NCBI GenBank assembly: GCA_944391695.1
Contig: CALXUO010000005.1
Span: forward strand, 1 to 61,766
Reading direction: 5' to 3'
DNA: 61,766 nucleotides
Origin: an uncultured Alphaproteobacteria bacterium
Lineage (GTDB): Bacteria > Pseudomonadota > Alphaproteobacteria > RF32 > CAG-239
Part shown: piece after piece, positions 48,515 through 58,385 of the stretch
How positions within the stretch are numbered: the stretch's first letter is position 1
Layout: each line of letters starts with the position of its first letter
The notes under the pieces: generated by a model
Database searches by the model: none
What the model saw: the letters and a program-made list of their open reading frames with translations, nothing else
Told to the model about the DNA's origin: nothing
Made by a program: the position numbers and the translations under genes

Positions 48515-49945
48515 TTATTCATCAATAACAAACCACAAGGGCCTAATAAATGACATTATCAGCATAAAGACAATAAAAATCATAAACACAAACTGATAAA
48601 GCGGCATATCTTCTGCCTTGCCCAAAACACATTCTTTATTGTCGGTTTTGAGGCGAAACATTTCTTTGATTAAAGCTGCCGCCGCAATAATGCAAGCCAG
48701 CATTAAGAAAACACCGATTTGAATGTGGGTTGACAATAAACGCGATAAAATCAAAAAATTGTTGGTGAACATTGCCGATAGCGGAAAACCCGCGGCGGCA
48801 AAAGTCAAAAACGAATAAAGAAACGATAATCTTTTGGCGCGGCACAAAAAGCCCGATGAGTTGCTCTCATGCAATTGCTCTTGCCGATATACATAGTTTG
48901 AAACAATCTCCAAAGCCCCAAAAACCATAACAAATCCAAACAAGGCATATCCTATATTTTGCAAAACCAATTTATCCTGGCTGAAAATACCTAATAAATA
49001 CAAAATATAGTAAACGGTTACAAAGGCAAAATTTTTGTATTGTGCATCGCGGTTGATAAAAGCAATCAAGCTTATAAACAGCATGGTAATCGTGCCGATA
49101 ATGTTTAGCCAAATAAAATATTGCGATACCTCAAGCGGAATATTTGAGGGCCAAAATCGGGCAAAGGCATAAATTCCGCTTAACGGTAAAACCGATGAGG
49201 CTATAAAAACCAAAGGATTCCTCAGTTTGGAGCTGACTGAGGATATCCAATAATGAAACGGCCAAATCGGTATGCGAAAAATAAATCCCAGAGCCAAAGC
49301 AGGCCATATCCACCAACCGTAATTTTGATGCCACAAAATATCTCCGGTTCTGTCAAGCGTTAAACTGCCATAGAATTTGTAAATCAGCAAAACCGCCGTA
49401 AATAAAATAAACGCACCTATCAGATTGTAAAGAAAAAATCCGCCTAAACGCTCCGGCCGCTTAAAGCCCCCAAACATCCCTATCAGCATAAACAGCGGCA
49501 GCAACATCGCCTCAAAAAAGATAAAAAACGAGAATATATCGGCCGACACAAACAAACCTGTCGACATACTCAAAAACAAAAGTGTAAACACCATTAGAGG
49601 TTTTTGGTTAACAATATCGTCTCTAACAGCTATAACCCCCATCAACAACACCAGATGAACCGCTAAAATCATCAGCAACGACAAGTTGTCTACCGCAAAC
49701 ACCAAGTTAATATCCGGCACCGTCAGCCAATCAAATTTTTCAAACAACTGCAATTTGAGCGTGGTTTCGTCAATTAACATAAAAACACGCCAAATCATAA
49801 CCAAATTGGCTATTATGCTAAAAACCGCAACGTTGAAACTGTTGTGAGTTTTTTTATCAATATCTTCCTTAGCCGTTAAGGTAAACAACATACCTAAAAA
49901 AGGGATGCAGATAATAAGTGATAGTATGGCAAACGGACTATTCAT
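48515..49945 (-). CDS. nuoM: NuoM-like antiporter subunit, diverged
   Basis: FAVDNLSLLMIL, FFIFFEAMLLP, IPIWPFHYW, AGFP. Confidence 0.85.
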   Translation of the reverse strand: MNSPFAILSLIICIPFLGMLFTLTAKEDIDKKTHNSFNVAVFSIIANLVMIWRVFMLIDETTLKLQLFEKFDWLTVPDINLVFAVDNLSLLMILAVHLVLLMGVIAVRDDIVNQKPLMVFTLLFLSMSTGLFVSADIFSFFIFFEAMLLPLFMLIGMFGGFKRPERLGGFFLYNLIGAFILFTAVLLIYKFYGSLTLDRTGDILWHQNYGWWIWPALALGFIFRIPIWPFHYWISSVSSKLRNPLVFIASSVLPLSGIYAFARFWPSNIPLEVSQYFIWLNIIGTITMLFISLIAFINRDAQYKNFAFVTVYYILYLLGIFSQDKLVLQNIGYALFGFVMVFGALEIVSNYVYRQEQLHESNSSGFLCRAKRLSFLYSFLTFAAAGFPLSAMFTNNFLILSRLLSTHIQIGVFLMLACIIAAAALIKEMFRLKTDNKECVLGKAEDMPLYQFVFMIFIVFMLIMSFIRPLWFVIDE

Positions 49946-51593
49946 AAATATAGTACCCCAAATAAAGCATTATAACAATCAAACCGCTCAAAATACTTAA
50001 AATGTAATTTTTGGTTTGGGCTTCCTGCAGTTGATGCAGGCCAGCTATTGTTTTAGACGAATTTTCGGATACCGATCCGATAATGTTGTGCTCTATGACC
50101 ACGACATCAAAAACAAGCCACAAAATTCTGCCCAAGAACTGGAGCGGAATTATGATTAATCTTTCGTATATCCAAGACAAAATATCACTCTGCCACAAAG
50201 GTAATTGCCCAAACTTTATTGCCCACAACGTCGGAAAGGCCAAAAAGACCAATAGCCCAACCCCCATAAAAACATAGAATTCAAAATATTGCCAGGAGAG
50301 TCCTTGCCAAACCATAAATACACCAATAACAAACAGCGGAAGCCAATATAGCGCCCCAACGCTCTTGGCAAAAGCCAAAACCTTTTCATCTGCTCTGGTT
50401 TTGCCTAAATAAATCAGCCGCAGATTAAAACATAATATGCCAATATAAACTAATGCAAAAATATTGCTGCCGATATCCTTGGCCAGGGGCAAAAATGTGG
50501 CAGATATTGCCGTTATAATCACCAAACTTGTCAATAAATTTAAACTGCCATAACGCCAAAAACCTCCTAAATAGCCGATATTATTTTCTTCTGAGGCCGT
50601 AACTGAGGCCATGATGAAGATTACTGAGGTCAAAAAGTTGATGCTTAGTATTTGAGGAACAAAAAAGTATATCTCGGTCGAATCGCCGCTTATCTTGAGC
50701 AACATATAGGCATATGACAGCAAAAAAAGCGAAATCACCTTGGATTTGAGATTGAGATTAATCAAGGCACCGATACCGGCTGACAAAACTGATAACAAAC
50801 ACCACCAAGGCAAGATATTTCCTGGAATCGGCGAGGCTTGAAACAAAGGATATAATTTGGCCGCCAATATAAGCCCCGATAGGGGAACAGAAAACATCAT
50901 AATGCCTGATATGCGGTTAAACGAAATCTCTTTTAAGGAAAAATAATGACCGTTAAATAAAAACAAGCCGCATTTTGAACCAACCGCAAATAACAACAGG
51001 CAGGCAACCATATCTTTATGACTGCCCAAATCAGAATATTGCGGCAAAGATTTAAGACTGATGCTGGATGTTGCGGCATAGACTATGGCTAATGCCATAA
51101 AAACCGCCATGTCTGCCAAAAAATTAAATATAAATACTTTTTTCTTGGGCTGGATTTGATCCGGCATATAAAACCCTATGACCGAAAACATACTACTGGC
51201 AAACATCAACTGCAAAAAATCGTGGCTTGAAGCCAGTAATATCATGCTCACAAAGTTTAGCAACATTAAGGTATTGATATGTAAAGAATGATGCTCTGAG
51301 GCAAACACGGTATTGAGATAGACCTGGGCCGCCAACAAACAAATCAAAGGAAAAAACATCTGCCGCATATGTGATGATGATGAAATATTAATATCGGCTT
51401 TCAGCACTTCATAAGGAAGCCACTGATAAATAAACCCCGAAGATGAGGCGTTAAGACTGTCCATAAAAAAATAAGAAATAATGCACAGCCCGCTTAAAAC
51501 CAAAACCGACCATATACGCCTGCGACGACCTTGCGTTATCAATAATGATGCCGCCGCTATGGCAATAAGACATATAAATAACTGAACAACCAT
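49938..51593 (-). CDS. nuoL: NuoL-like antiporter subunit, highly diverged
   Basis: FIYQWLP, FNFLADMA, AVGSK, GYLGGFW; C-terminal lateral helix (VFDVVVIE...LQEAQTKNY). Confidence 0.72.
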   Translation of the reverse strand: MVVQLFICLIAIAAASLLITQGRRRRIWSVLVLSGLCIISYFFMDSLNASSSGFIYQWLPYEVLKADINISSSSHMRQMFFPLICLLAAQVYLNTVFASEHHSLHINTLMLLNFVSMILLASSHDFLQLMFASSMFSVIGFYMPDQIQPKKKVFIFNFLADMAVFMALAIVYAATSSISLKSLPQYSDLGSHKDMVACLLLFAVGSKCGLFLFNGHYFSLKEISFNRISGIMMFSVPLSGLILAAKLYPLFQASPIPGNILPWWCLLSVLSAGIGALINLNLKSKVISLFLLSYAYMLLKISGDSTEIYFFVPQILSINFLTSVIFIMASVTASEENNIGYLGGFWRYGSLNLLTSLVIITAISATFLPLAKDIGSNIFALVYIGILCFNLRLIYLGKTRADEKVLAFAKSVGALYWLPLFVIGVFMVWQGLSWQYFEFYVFMGVGLLVFLAFPTLWAIKFGQLPLWQSDILSWIYERLIIIPLQFLGRILWLVFDVVVIEHNIIGSVSENSSKTIAGLHQLQEAQTKNYILSILSGLIVIMLYLGYYIYE

Positions 51594-51639
51594 TAAAAAA
51601 ACCCGTTATTTGCTTAGTTTGGGTTTAATATATAAAAAG

Positions 51640-51664
51640 AATAAGGGCTTTTAAAGCCCTTATT
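51640..51664. terminator. Intrinsic terminator upstream of nuoL
   Basis: AATAAGGGCTTT-T-AAAGCCCTTATT. Confidence 0.8.
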
Positions 51665-51693
51665 TTTGCCCATTGCATAAGCTTTGGATAAGA

Positions 51694-52017
51694 CTAGTTC
51701 AAAACTGCTTTCAAATCCCTTATCAATCTGACGGGAACCATATACTCTCTGGCAACCTCGTCTCCGTCTATCTCGGCAACCAAAACCTCGTCAACCGCTT
51801 TTAGAGGCTGGCGCGCCTCGTGATTAATGTTGCCCAAAAATACCGAGCTTTCCCGACTCCGGTATAATAACGCAGTATCCCCACCATCGTAAACAAAGCG
51901 CGGATTTTCCGGACCACCGCGACGTTGCTTAATCATAATCAATATTTCGCCGGCGGCATTTTGCAGAATTTCATAAGTTCCTTCGTTGGCTTCTGCCAGA
52001 TTTTGATTGTTTTCCAT
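51694..52017 (-). CDS. Hypothetical protein (107 aa)
   Basis: ORF with GAGGA Shine-Dalgarno and a downstream terminator; no motif recognised. Confidence 0.75.
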   Translation of the reverse strand: MENNQNLAEANEGTYEILQNAAGEILIMIKQRRGGPENPRFVYDGGDTALLYRSRESSVFLGNINHEARQPLKAVDEVLVAEIDGDEVAREYMVPVRLIRDLKAVLN

Positions 52018-52179
52018 AGTGTCCTCATAATGTTTTTTTTTACAATTTTAGCTCATCTTAGCACATAATTATTAACAAATCCATTACATTTGTATTTTTT
52101 TCAAATTTTTTAATTTTTTAGTTGACTCCAGTTTTTTTATCTTCTATACAATACCTCGATTGCGGGTTTTTAGGCTTGC

Positions 52180-52255
52180 GGGCTCGTAGCTCAGTCGGTA
52201 GAGCATTTGACTTTTAATCAAAGGGTCGGCGGTTCGAATCCGCCCGAGCTCACCA
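52180..52255 (+). tRNA. tRNA-Lys(TTT)
   Basis: 76-nt cloverleaf GGGCTCG...TTTGA-CT-TTT-AA-TCAAA...GGTTCGAATCC...CGAGCTC-A-CCA. Confidence 0.97.
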
Positions 52256-52261
52256 ATCACT

Positions 52262-52297
52262 AAAGGATTTCCTGATTTTTCAGCGAAATCCTTTTTT
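52262..52297. terminator. Terminator after tRNA-Lys
   Basis: AAAGGATTTC...GAAATCCTTT plus a T-run. Confidence 0.75.
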
Positions 52298-52360
52298 GTT
52301 TTTGCCTTCTTTCGGGGCGGCTTCGAACTAAAGTTCCTCTTGCTCGTAGGCCTCAAAATT

Positions 52361-52834
52361 TTATTTCTCAACTATATCAGCCAGCGAGAAGCTAATTACT
52401 TTGCTTAGATCTTCAAGGCTGGTTTCTACCTGCAACCCACGCCTGCCGCCGCTAAAGATAATGCTTGCAAAATTTTGCGCCGAAGAATCGATGGTGGTGG
52501 TAAAAAATTTTTTCATCCCCACCGGCGAACATCCCCCGTGGACATAGCCGGTCAAAGGCAAAAGCTCTTTGCTTTTTAGCATTTCAACCGATTTTTCTTT
52601 TACCGCCGCGGCCGCTTTTTTCAAATCAAGCTCGGATAATACCGGCAACATAAAAACATAGTATTTCTTCGATTTGGCAACAGTTACCAGAGTTTTGAAA
52701 ACCTGAGCCGGATTTTCGCCCAAAATGGCGGCTACTTCCGCACCACTTACTGCTTTGTCGGCGTCATACTGATAGTGCTTGTATGAAACTTTGAGTTTGT
52801 CCAAAATACGCATAGCGTTGGTTTTTGCTTCCAT
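52361..52834 (-). CDS. ybaK: Cys-tRNA(Pro) deacylase
   Basis: KTNAMRIL, QVFKTLV, ELDLKKAA, TGYVHGGCSPVG, SGGRRGLQ; start placed at the ATG of MEAKTN. Confidence 0.93.
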   Translation of the reverse strand: MEAKTNAMRILDKLKVSYKHYQYDADKAVSGAEVAAILGENPAQVFKTLVTVAKSKKYYVFMLPVLSELDLKKAAAAVKEKSVEMLKSKELLPLTGYVHGGCSPVGMKKFFTTTIDSSAQNFASIIFSGGRRGLQVETSLEDLSKVISFSLADIVEK

Positions 52835-52896
52835 AATCTTGCCTCGACAATGATTGTTTTGGGTCTTTATAGCATCAAACAAATCAATTGAAAAGC

Positions 52897-54744
52897 CTAT
52901 TTTTTATAAAGCCTTAAGGCCCTTGCGGCATTGAGGATGGCTATTACCGACACCCCGACATCGGCAAAAACCGCTGCCCAAATCGAGGCCAGCCCCAAAG
53001 CTCCCAATACCAACACCAACAGTTTAACCCCAATGGCAAACACTATGTTTTCTTGGGCTATGAGAATAGTGCCGCGGGCTATTTTGACGGCGTCAATAAT
53101 CTTTGAGGGCTCGTCGGTCATAATTACAACATCTGCCGCCTCAAGAGCAGCATCGGAGCCGATACCGCCCATGGCAATCCCGATATCGGATCTGGCCAAA
53201 GATGGCGCGTCATTAATTCCGTCGCCGACAAACAACAAGGTCGAAGTTTGGGGCTTGGTTTGCATAAGCTGTTCTATTTTGGCAAGTTTGTCGGCTGGCA
53301 AAAGCTCGGCAAAAATTTTATCAATCTTGAGAAGGCGCCCCACCCTGGAGGCAATACGTTTGTTATCGCCGGTGAGCATTACGGTTTGTTTTATGCCTTG
53401 TTGTTTGAGATTGTGGCTTAATGGTATGGCGGTTGTTTTAACCTCGTCTTCAACGGCTATAAATCCCCTATACTTGCCGTCGATTACTATATAAACCGCA
53501 GTCTTGTCTTTGGGAAATGTGATATTGCTTATTCCAAAATCTTGCAACATTTTGAGATTGCCGGCGGCAACTTTTTTGCCATCTAGCTCGGCCATAATGC
53601 CTTTGCCTGCCACCTCTTTTATTTTGCTGATGCGTTTTAGGTCGAGTTTGTCTTTCCAGGCCGCTTTTATGGCCAAAGCAACCGGATGAGACGACATCGA
53701 TTCAACATAGGCTGCCGTTTCAAGCAGGGATTTTTTGCTTATGCCTTGAGGAGATATCTCGCTTATGATGAAGCTTCCTTTGGTTAGGGTGCCGGTCTTG
53801 TCAAACACTGCGGTATGCACTTTGGCCAAGGCCTCTAAATAATTGCCGCCTTTGACCAAAACACCACATTTGGACGCAGCCCCGATGCCGCCGAAAAAGC
53901 TCAAAGGAATCGAGATTACCAAAGCACAGGGACAAGATATTACCAAAAATGTTATGGCGCGATAGCTCCACTCGCGAAACGTGTCAAACCCCAACAAGGG
54001 CGGCACAAAAGCTATAATCAGCGCCAAAATAACCACAATCGGCGTATACCACTTGGCAAAGCGGGTAATAAAGTTTTCAAGCTCGGCTTTTTGTGAGGAG
54101 GCGTTTTCAACCAAATCCAAGATTTTGGCAACGGTTGAGGCGCCGTATTCTTTGGTGGTTTTGACCTCGATAACACCGTTTAGATTGATACATCCGCTTA
54201 AGACCTCGTCGCCTTTTGAAATATCTTGGGGCAAACTTTCACCGGTTAGAGCAGATGTGTTAAGACTGGCCGAACCTTTTATAACCAAACCGTCAAGCGG
54301 AATTTTTTCGCCGGCTTTTATGACAATAATTTCGCCAATCTTAACATCCTCGGGGCTGGTCTTTACTATCTTGTTTTGGCGCAAAACATTGGCATAATCG
54401 GGACGAATATCCATCAAATCACTAATGGACTGGCGCGAGCGATTAACCGCATATTTTTGAAAAAACTCACCAACCTGAAAAAACAACATAACCGCCACGG
54501 CTTCGGCATATTCGCCCAAATACCAGGCGCCAAACGTGGCTAAAGACATCAAAAAATTTTCATCAAAAACATGGCCACGCAAAATGTTGCGCAGAGCCTT
54601 TTGGATAATCTCCCAACCCACAATCAAATATGAGATGATAAGCAACCCAACTTTAACATCTTTTAGCACTGGCAGCCACGACAAGACAAACAGCAAACCA
54701 GCTGCTACTATCAGCCATAGCGATTTTTTTAGCTTTTTGCTCAT
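52897..54744 (-). CDS. Heavy-metal (Cd/Zn/Co-type) P1B ATPase lacking an N-terminal metal-binding domain
   Basis: DENFLMSLAT, TGES, SCPCALVISIP, DKTGTLT, SHP, GDGINDAP. Confidence 0.95.
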   Translation of the reverse strand: MSKKLKKSLWLIVAAGLLFVLSWLPVLKDVKVGLLIISYLIVGWEIIQKALRNILRGHVFDENFLMSLATFGAWYLGEYAEAVAVMLFFQVGEFFQKYAVNRSRQSISDLMDIRPDYANVLRQNKIVKTSPEDVKIGEIIVIKAGEKIPLDGLVIKGSASLNTSALTGESLPQDISKGDEVLSGCINLNGVIEVKTTKEYGASTVAKILDLVENASSQKAELENFITRFAKWYTPIVVILALIIAFVPPLLGFDTFREWSYRAITFLVISCPCALVISIPLSFFGGIGAASKCGVLVKGGNYLEALAKVHTAVFDKTGTLTKGSFIISEISPQGISKKSLLETAAYVESMSSHPVALAIKAAWKDKLDLKRISKIKEVAGKGIMAELDGKKVAAGNLKMLQDFGISNITFPKDKTAVYIVIDGKYRGFIAVEDEVKTTAIPLSHNLKQQGIKQTVMLTGDNKRIASRVGRLLKIDKIFAELLPADKLAKIEQLMQTKPQTSTLLFVGDGINDAPSLARSDIGIAMGGIGSDAALEAADVVIMTDEPSKIIDAVKIARGTILIAQENIVFAIGVKLLVLVLGALGLASIWAAVFADVGVSVIAILNAARALRLYKK

Positions 54745-54754
54745 GTTTTCATCC

Positions 54755-54970
54755 TTACAAAATAATGGTGCAATCGGGCTCGATATCTTTTACCACCTTT
54801 TTTACCTCGGCCATAATCATATCTATATCTGCATTGGTCTCTATAACCAATTTTTGGGTCATAAAGCTGACTGAGGCGTTTTCAACACCTTTGATTTTTT
54901 TGATTGCCGCTTCGATTTTGGCGGCGCAATTGGCACAATCCAAATCCTCTATTTGATAGCTTTTTTTCAT
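54755..54970 (-). CDS. Stand-alone HMA (heavy-metal-associated) domain protein, 71 aa
   Basis: MKKSYQIEDLDCANCAAKIE with CxxC; GAGG Shine-Dalgarno; true start lies inside ORF 54755..55162. Confidence 0.9.
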   Translation of the reverse strand: MKKSYQIEDLDCANCAAKIEAAIKKIKGVENASVSFMTQKLVIETNADIDMIMAEVKKVVKDIEPDCTIIL

Positions 54971-55040
54971 GGCGTCCTCACTTAAACGATTAAATACATG
55001 TTTAATTGTATTACAAAAACACCCTCTTGTCAAACATTTT

Positions 55041-55409
55041 TTAGCTATTTTTACCTGGACAGCTGATATCCAAGATATCGTCCAACGCTTTGTGGACAAG
55101 TTTGGCCTGAGCATTTTGGGCCAATTGATAATACATCTCTTTGCCCAAGCGCCGGTTTTCAATCAGCGATGCTTGTTTTAAGAGCCTAAGATGATGCGAA
55201 ACCGCCGGCGAGCTCATATTAACCGTTACGGCGATGTTGTTGACGCAGGTTTCATGATGGCACAACAGCCACAAAATCTTTAGCCTGGTTGCATCGCTTA
55301 TCAGCTGAAAAACATCGGCGGCTTTGGCAAAAGACTTGTCTTGCGGCATATTTTCCAAAGCCTTTGCAAGCGTATTATCATGGACATGCAACGCACATGG
55401 GTTTTTCAT
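55041..55409 (-). CDS. ArsR/SmtB metalloregulator
   Basis: FQLISDATRLKIL, ETCVNNIA, SPAVSHHLRLLK, RRLGKEMYY. Confidence 0.92.
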   Translation of the reverse strand: MKNPCALHVHDNTLAKALENMPQDKSFAKAADVFQLISDATRLKILWLLCHHETCVNNIAVTVNMSSPAVSHHLRLLKQASLIENRRLGKEMYYQLAQNAQAKLVHKALDDILDISCPGKNS

Positions 55410-55595
55410 CTTTTATCTCCTAAAACACAACCTATTTTTAATCTACAACCAATTTGATTAATAAAGTCTAAAATTAAAACACTCCTTTAGGAGCTTTGAG
55501 CAAAAAAATCATCAACAATCAAAAATTATACTAGACAATATATTTTTTTTGTTTTATAAAGCCTGAGTTGGTTTGAGTTTTGAGGCTTGACCGAT

Positions 55596-55671
<76 letters not shown>

Positions 55672-55678
55672 TTTTTTT

Positions 55679-55704
55679 AAACCCGCGGTTTGTTAAGCGG
55701 GTTT
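55679..55704 (+). terminator. Terminator after tRNA-Phe
   Basis: AAACCCGC...GCGGGTTT. Confidence 0.7.
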
Positions 55705-55729
55705 TGTTGTATTTTGCGGAATGTGGCTG

Positions 55730-56191
55730 ATGGAAATTGCTTTTTATAAATCGCCTTTGGGGTATTTGGAAATCAAAGCGCAAGACGGGGCTTTGGTTAG
55801 TGTCGGTTTTGTCAACTCTATTCCCTCGCCCAACCGCCAAAGGCTTTCTTCTTTGCTTAATAAGGCATGCCAACAATTAGATGAATATTTTGCCGGAAAA
55901 CGAAAGAATTTTAATTTGCCGCTTGAGCCTCTTGGCACTTCTTTTCAACAAAAAGTATGGCAGGAAATACAAAATATTGAATACGCTAAAACCAAAACCT
56001 ATGCCGAAATAGCCTGTCAAATCGGCAAGCCCAAAGCCTGTCGGGCGGTTGGTCAAGCCAATAATAAAAACCCGATTGCCATAATTATCCCTTGCCATCG
56101 GGTTATAGGCAAGTCGGGTAAACTAACCGGCTATGCCGCGGGACTTGAGATTAAACAGAAATTGCTGCTCTTAGAACAAGAAAACAAATAG
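55730..56191 (+). CDS. ogt: Methylated-DNA--protein-cysteine methyltransferase
   Basis: YKSPLG, QLDEYFAG, GTSFQQKVW, RAVGQA, IIIPCHRVIG. Confidence 0.95.
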   Translation: MEIAFYKSPLGYLEIKAQDGALVSVGFVNSIPSPNRQRLSSLLNKACQQLDEYFAGKRKNFNLPLEPLGTSFQQKVWQEIQNIEYAKTKTYAEIACQIGKPKACRAVGQANNKNPIAIIIPCHRVIGKSGKLTGYAAGLEIKQKLLLLEQENK

Positions 56192-56193
56192 AT

Positions 56194-56223
56194 ATCCCCG
56201 CTTTTGATAACCAAAGCGGGGAT
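56194..56223. terminator. Bidirectional terminator
   Basis: ATCCCCGCTTT...AAAGCGGGGAT between convergent genes. Confidence 0.8.
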
Positions 56224-56248
56224 TTGAGGTTTACTTTTTATACTTTCT

Positions 56249-57409
56249 TTAAGCTGCTTGGTTTTTCTTTTGAGCGGCAAACTCATTCATGCAGCCGATG
56301 ATGTAATCCATTTGCTCTTTGTCAAGATATGGTGTCATCGGGAGTGATAAAACCGTCTTGGACAATTTTTCACAAACAGGAAGTGAACGAGTATTCCATT
56401 TGGCATAAGCAGTTTGGGTATTAACCGGACGCGGATAATATGCTCCACAAGGAATTCCTCTTTCTTTCAAATAGTCCATCAGCTCATCGCGGTCATCGCA
56501 ATTGATTGTATATAAAGCATAGGCTGATTTGCAACCATCTAAAATCTGCTGTTTGCGGAAATAGCTGTCCAATTCATTGTCATAACGAGCGGCAACTTTG
56601 GCACGAGCTGCAAGTTCTTGATCCAAAACCGTTAGCTTTTGCAACAAAACCGCAGCTTGGAAACTGTTCATACGACCGGTCATGCCAAGACGAATGTTGT
56701 CATAGTGATCGGTTGCGCTCATACCATGAACACGGCAAGATTTCAAAAGCTCGTTTTCTTCGGCAGAGTTGGTAAAGGTTGCACCACCGTCACCATAGCC
56801 GCCAAGAGGTTTGGTCGGATAAAACGAAGTGGCGGTCATATCGGCAATCGAGCCGGCTCTTTTGCCTTTGTATACCGAACCATAGCCTTGGCAAGAATCG
56901 GCCAAAACTTTCATATTGTTTTTGCGGGCAACTTCCAAAATGGCGTCATAATCGCAAGGAGAACCAAAAATGTCTACCGCAATAATTACCTTCGGTGTCA
57001 ATTTGCCTTCTTTCTTTACATCGGCAATGGCGCGTTCCAAATCTTTAACATCCATGTTGTAAGTATTGGGATCGGAATCAACAAAAACAGGAGTGGCTCC
57101 AACAATGGCAACACATTCTGCCGAAGCGACAAAAGTAAAGGAGGATACAAACACCGCATCACCTTGACCTATACCCCAGGCCATCAACGCCAGGGTCAAG
57201 GCATCGGTTCCGGAACCGCAGGTGGCGCAATATTTGCTGCCGGAATACTTGGCCAAAGCTTCATCAAGTTCTTTGGTCTCGGGACCTTGGCAATAGCCGC
57301 CGTGGTCCAAAATCTTTTTGAATGCATCTAAAAATTTTTGCTGACCGATAACCTCTTGGGTGGTTTTGCAGTCAAACAAAGGTATTGCTTTTGCTGGTTT
57401 ATTTAACAT
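56249..57409 (-). CDS. DegT/DnrJ/EryC1/StrS sugar aminotransferase
   Basis: SGTDALTLAL, FTFVASAE, DSCQGYG, SFYPTKPLGGYGDGG (PLP lysine). Confidence 0.94.
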   Translation of the reverse strand: MLNKPAKAIPLFDCKTTQEVIGQQKFLDAFKKILDHGGYCQGPETKELDEALAKYSGSKYCATCGSGTDALTLALMAWGIGQGDAVFVSSFTFVASAECVAIVGATPVFVDSDPNTYNMDVKDLERAIADVKKEGKLTPKVIIAVDIFGSPCDYDAILEVARKNNMKVLADSCQGYGSVYKGKRAGSIADMTATSFYPTKPLGGYGDGGATFTNSAEENELLKSCRVHGMSATDHYDNIRLGMTGRMNSFQAAVLLQKLTVLDQELAARAKVAARYDNELDSYFRKQQILDGCKSAYALYTINCDDRDELMDYLKERGIPCGAYYPRPVNTQTAYAKWNTRSLPVCEKLSKTVLSLPMTPYLDKEQMDYIIGCMNEFAAQKKNQAA

Positions 57410-57576
57410 CTTATTTTCCTCATAACTAGTGTAATTTACTGGGGCTGATATTAAATATAATTAAAATCAAAAGCAAAACACAAAATATGTCTGCTTTGTA
57501 ACATTTATAAAAATTTTGTTTTGTCTATACAGTCAAGGGTTGATTTTAGTAAAAAAAATGTTATAGTCCTTGCTAG

Positions 57577-58359
57577 ATGAAAGCCCTTTTAACGGAGATA
57601 TTTAAAGTGAATAAAATAAATACTTTGGCTATTGTTACCACAGTTGCAATGTTATCTGCATGTACAACATCAATTCACCGCACAGATGAAACTGCTGATC
57701 CTTATGAAAGCGTAAATCGCAAAATCTTTGATTTTAATGATAGCTTTTATCGCAACATCGGCTTTCCGATTGAGCGCGGATATCGCAAAATAACTACCAA
57801 ATCTATCCGCAACCGCGTGGCTGATTTTGTATCCAATATGGACGAACCTATTTCTACCGCCAATTATCTCTTGCAACTTAAGCCCAAAGAAACCGCCATC
57901 AGTATTGCCAGATTTGCCATTAACTCAACTCTTGGTTTGGCTGGGCTTTTTGATGTGGCTTCAGGCTGGGGATTAGAGCAAGATCCAACAACAACAGGCG
58001 CTACTCTTGCCTCGTGGTGTATTGCCGATGGACCTTATATCGTGGTGCCTTTAATCGGCCCTAGCACACCTCGTAACCTGATTGGTTCTAGTGCCGATTT
58101 CTTGGCTGATCCGGTATACTGGATGACCATGAACGATGCTAACTACTCAGCTAAGATTTCATATCCTTATACTTTTGTAAAATATGTCTCTAAATACGAA
58201 AGCTATATGGATATCTATGAAGAGCTGACCAAAAATGCCGTCGATCCTTATGTGGCTATTCGCTCGGCATATATGCAAAACCAGCAGCAATACAGATGCC
58301 GGTTTGCCGATGAGGAAGAAGCTCCTTCTTATGATTTTGACTTTGATATTGAAGAATAA
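57577..58359 (+). CDS. mlaA: MlaA/VacJ lipoprotein
   Basis: Lipobox LSAC, DPYESVNR, RFAINSTLGLAGLFDVA, PLIGPST, DPYVAIRSAY. Confidence 0.93.
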   Translation: MKALLTEIFKVNKINTLAIVTTVAMLSACTTSIHRTDETADPYESVNRKIFDFNDSFYRNIGFPIERGYRKITTKSIRNRVADFVSNMDEPISTANYLLQLKPKETAISIARFAINSTLGLAGLFDVASGWGLEQDPTTTGATLASWCIADGPYIVVPLIGPSTPRNLIGSSADFLADPVYWMTMNDANYSAKISYPYTFVKYVSKYESYMDIYEELTKNAVDPYVAIRSAYMQNQQQYRCRFADEEEAPSYDFDFDIEE

Positions 58360-58385
58360 ACTTAAACTTTGTAAAGGACTAATCT

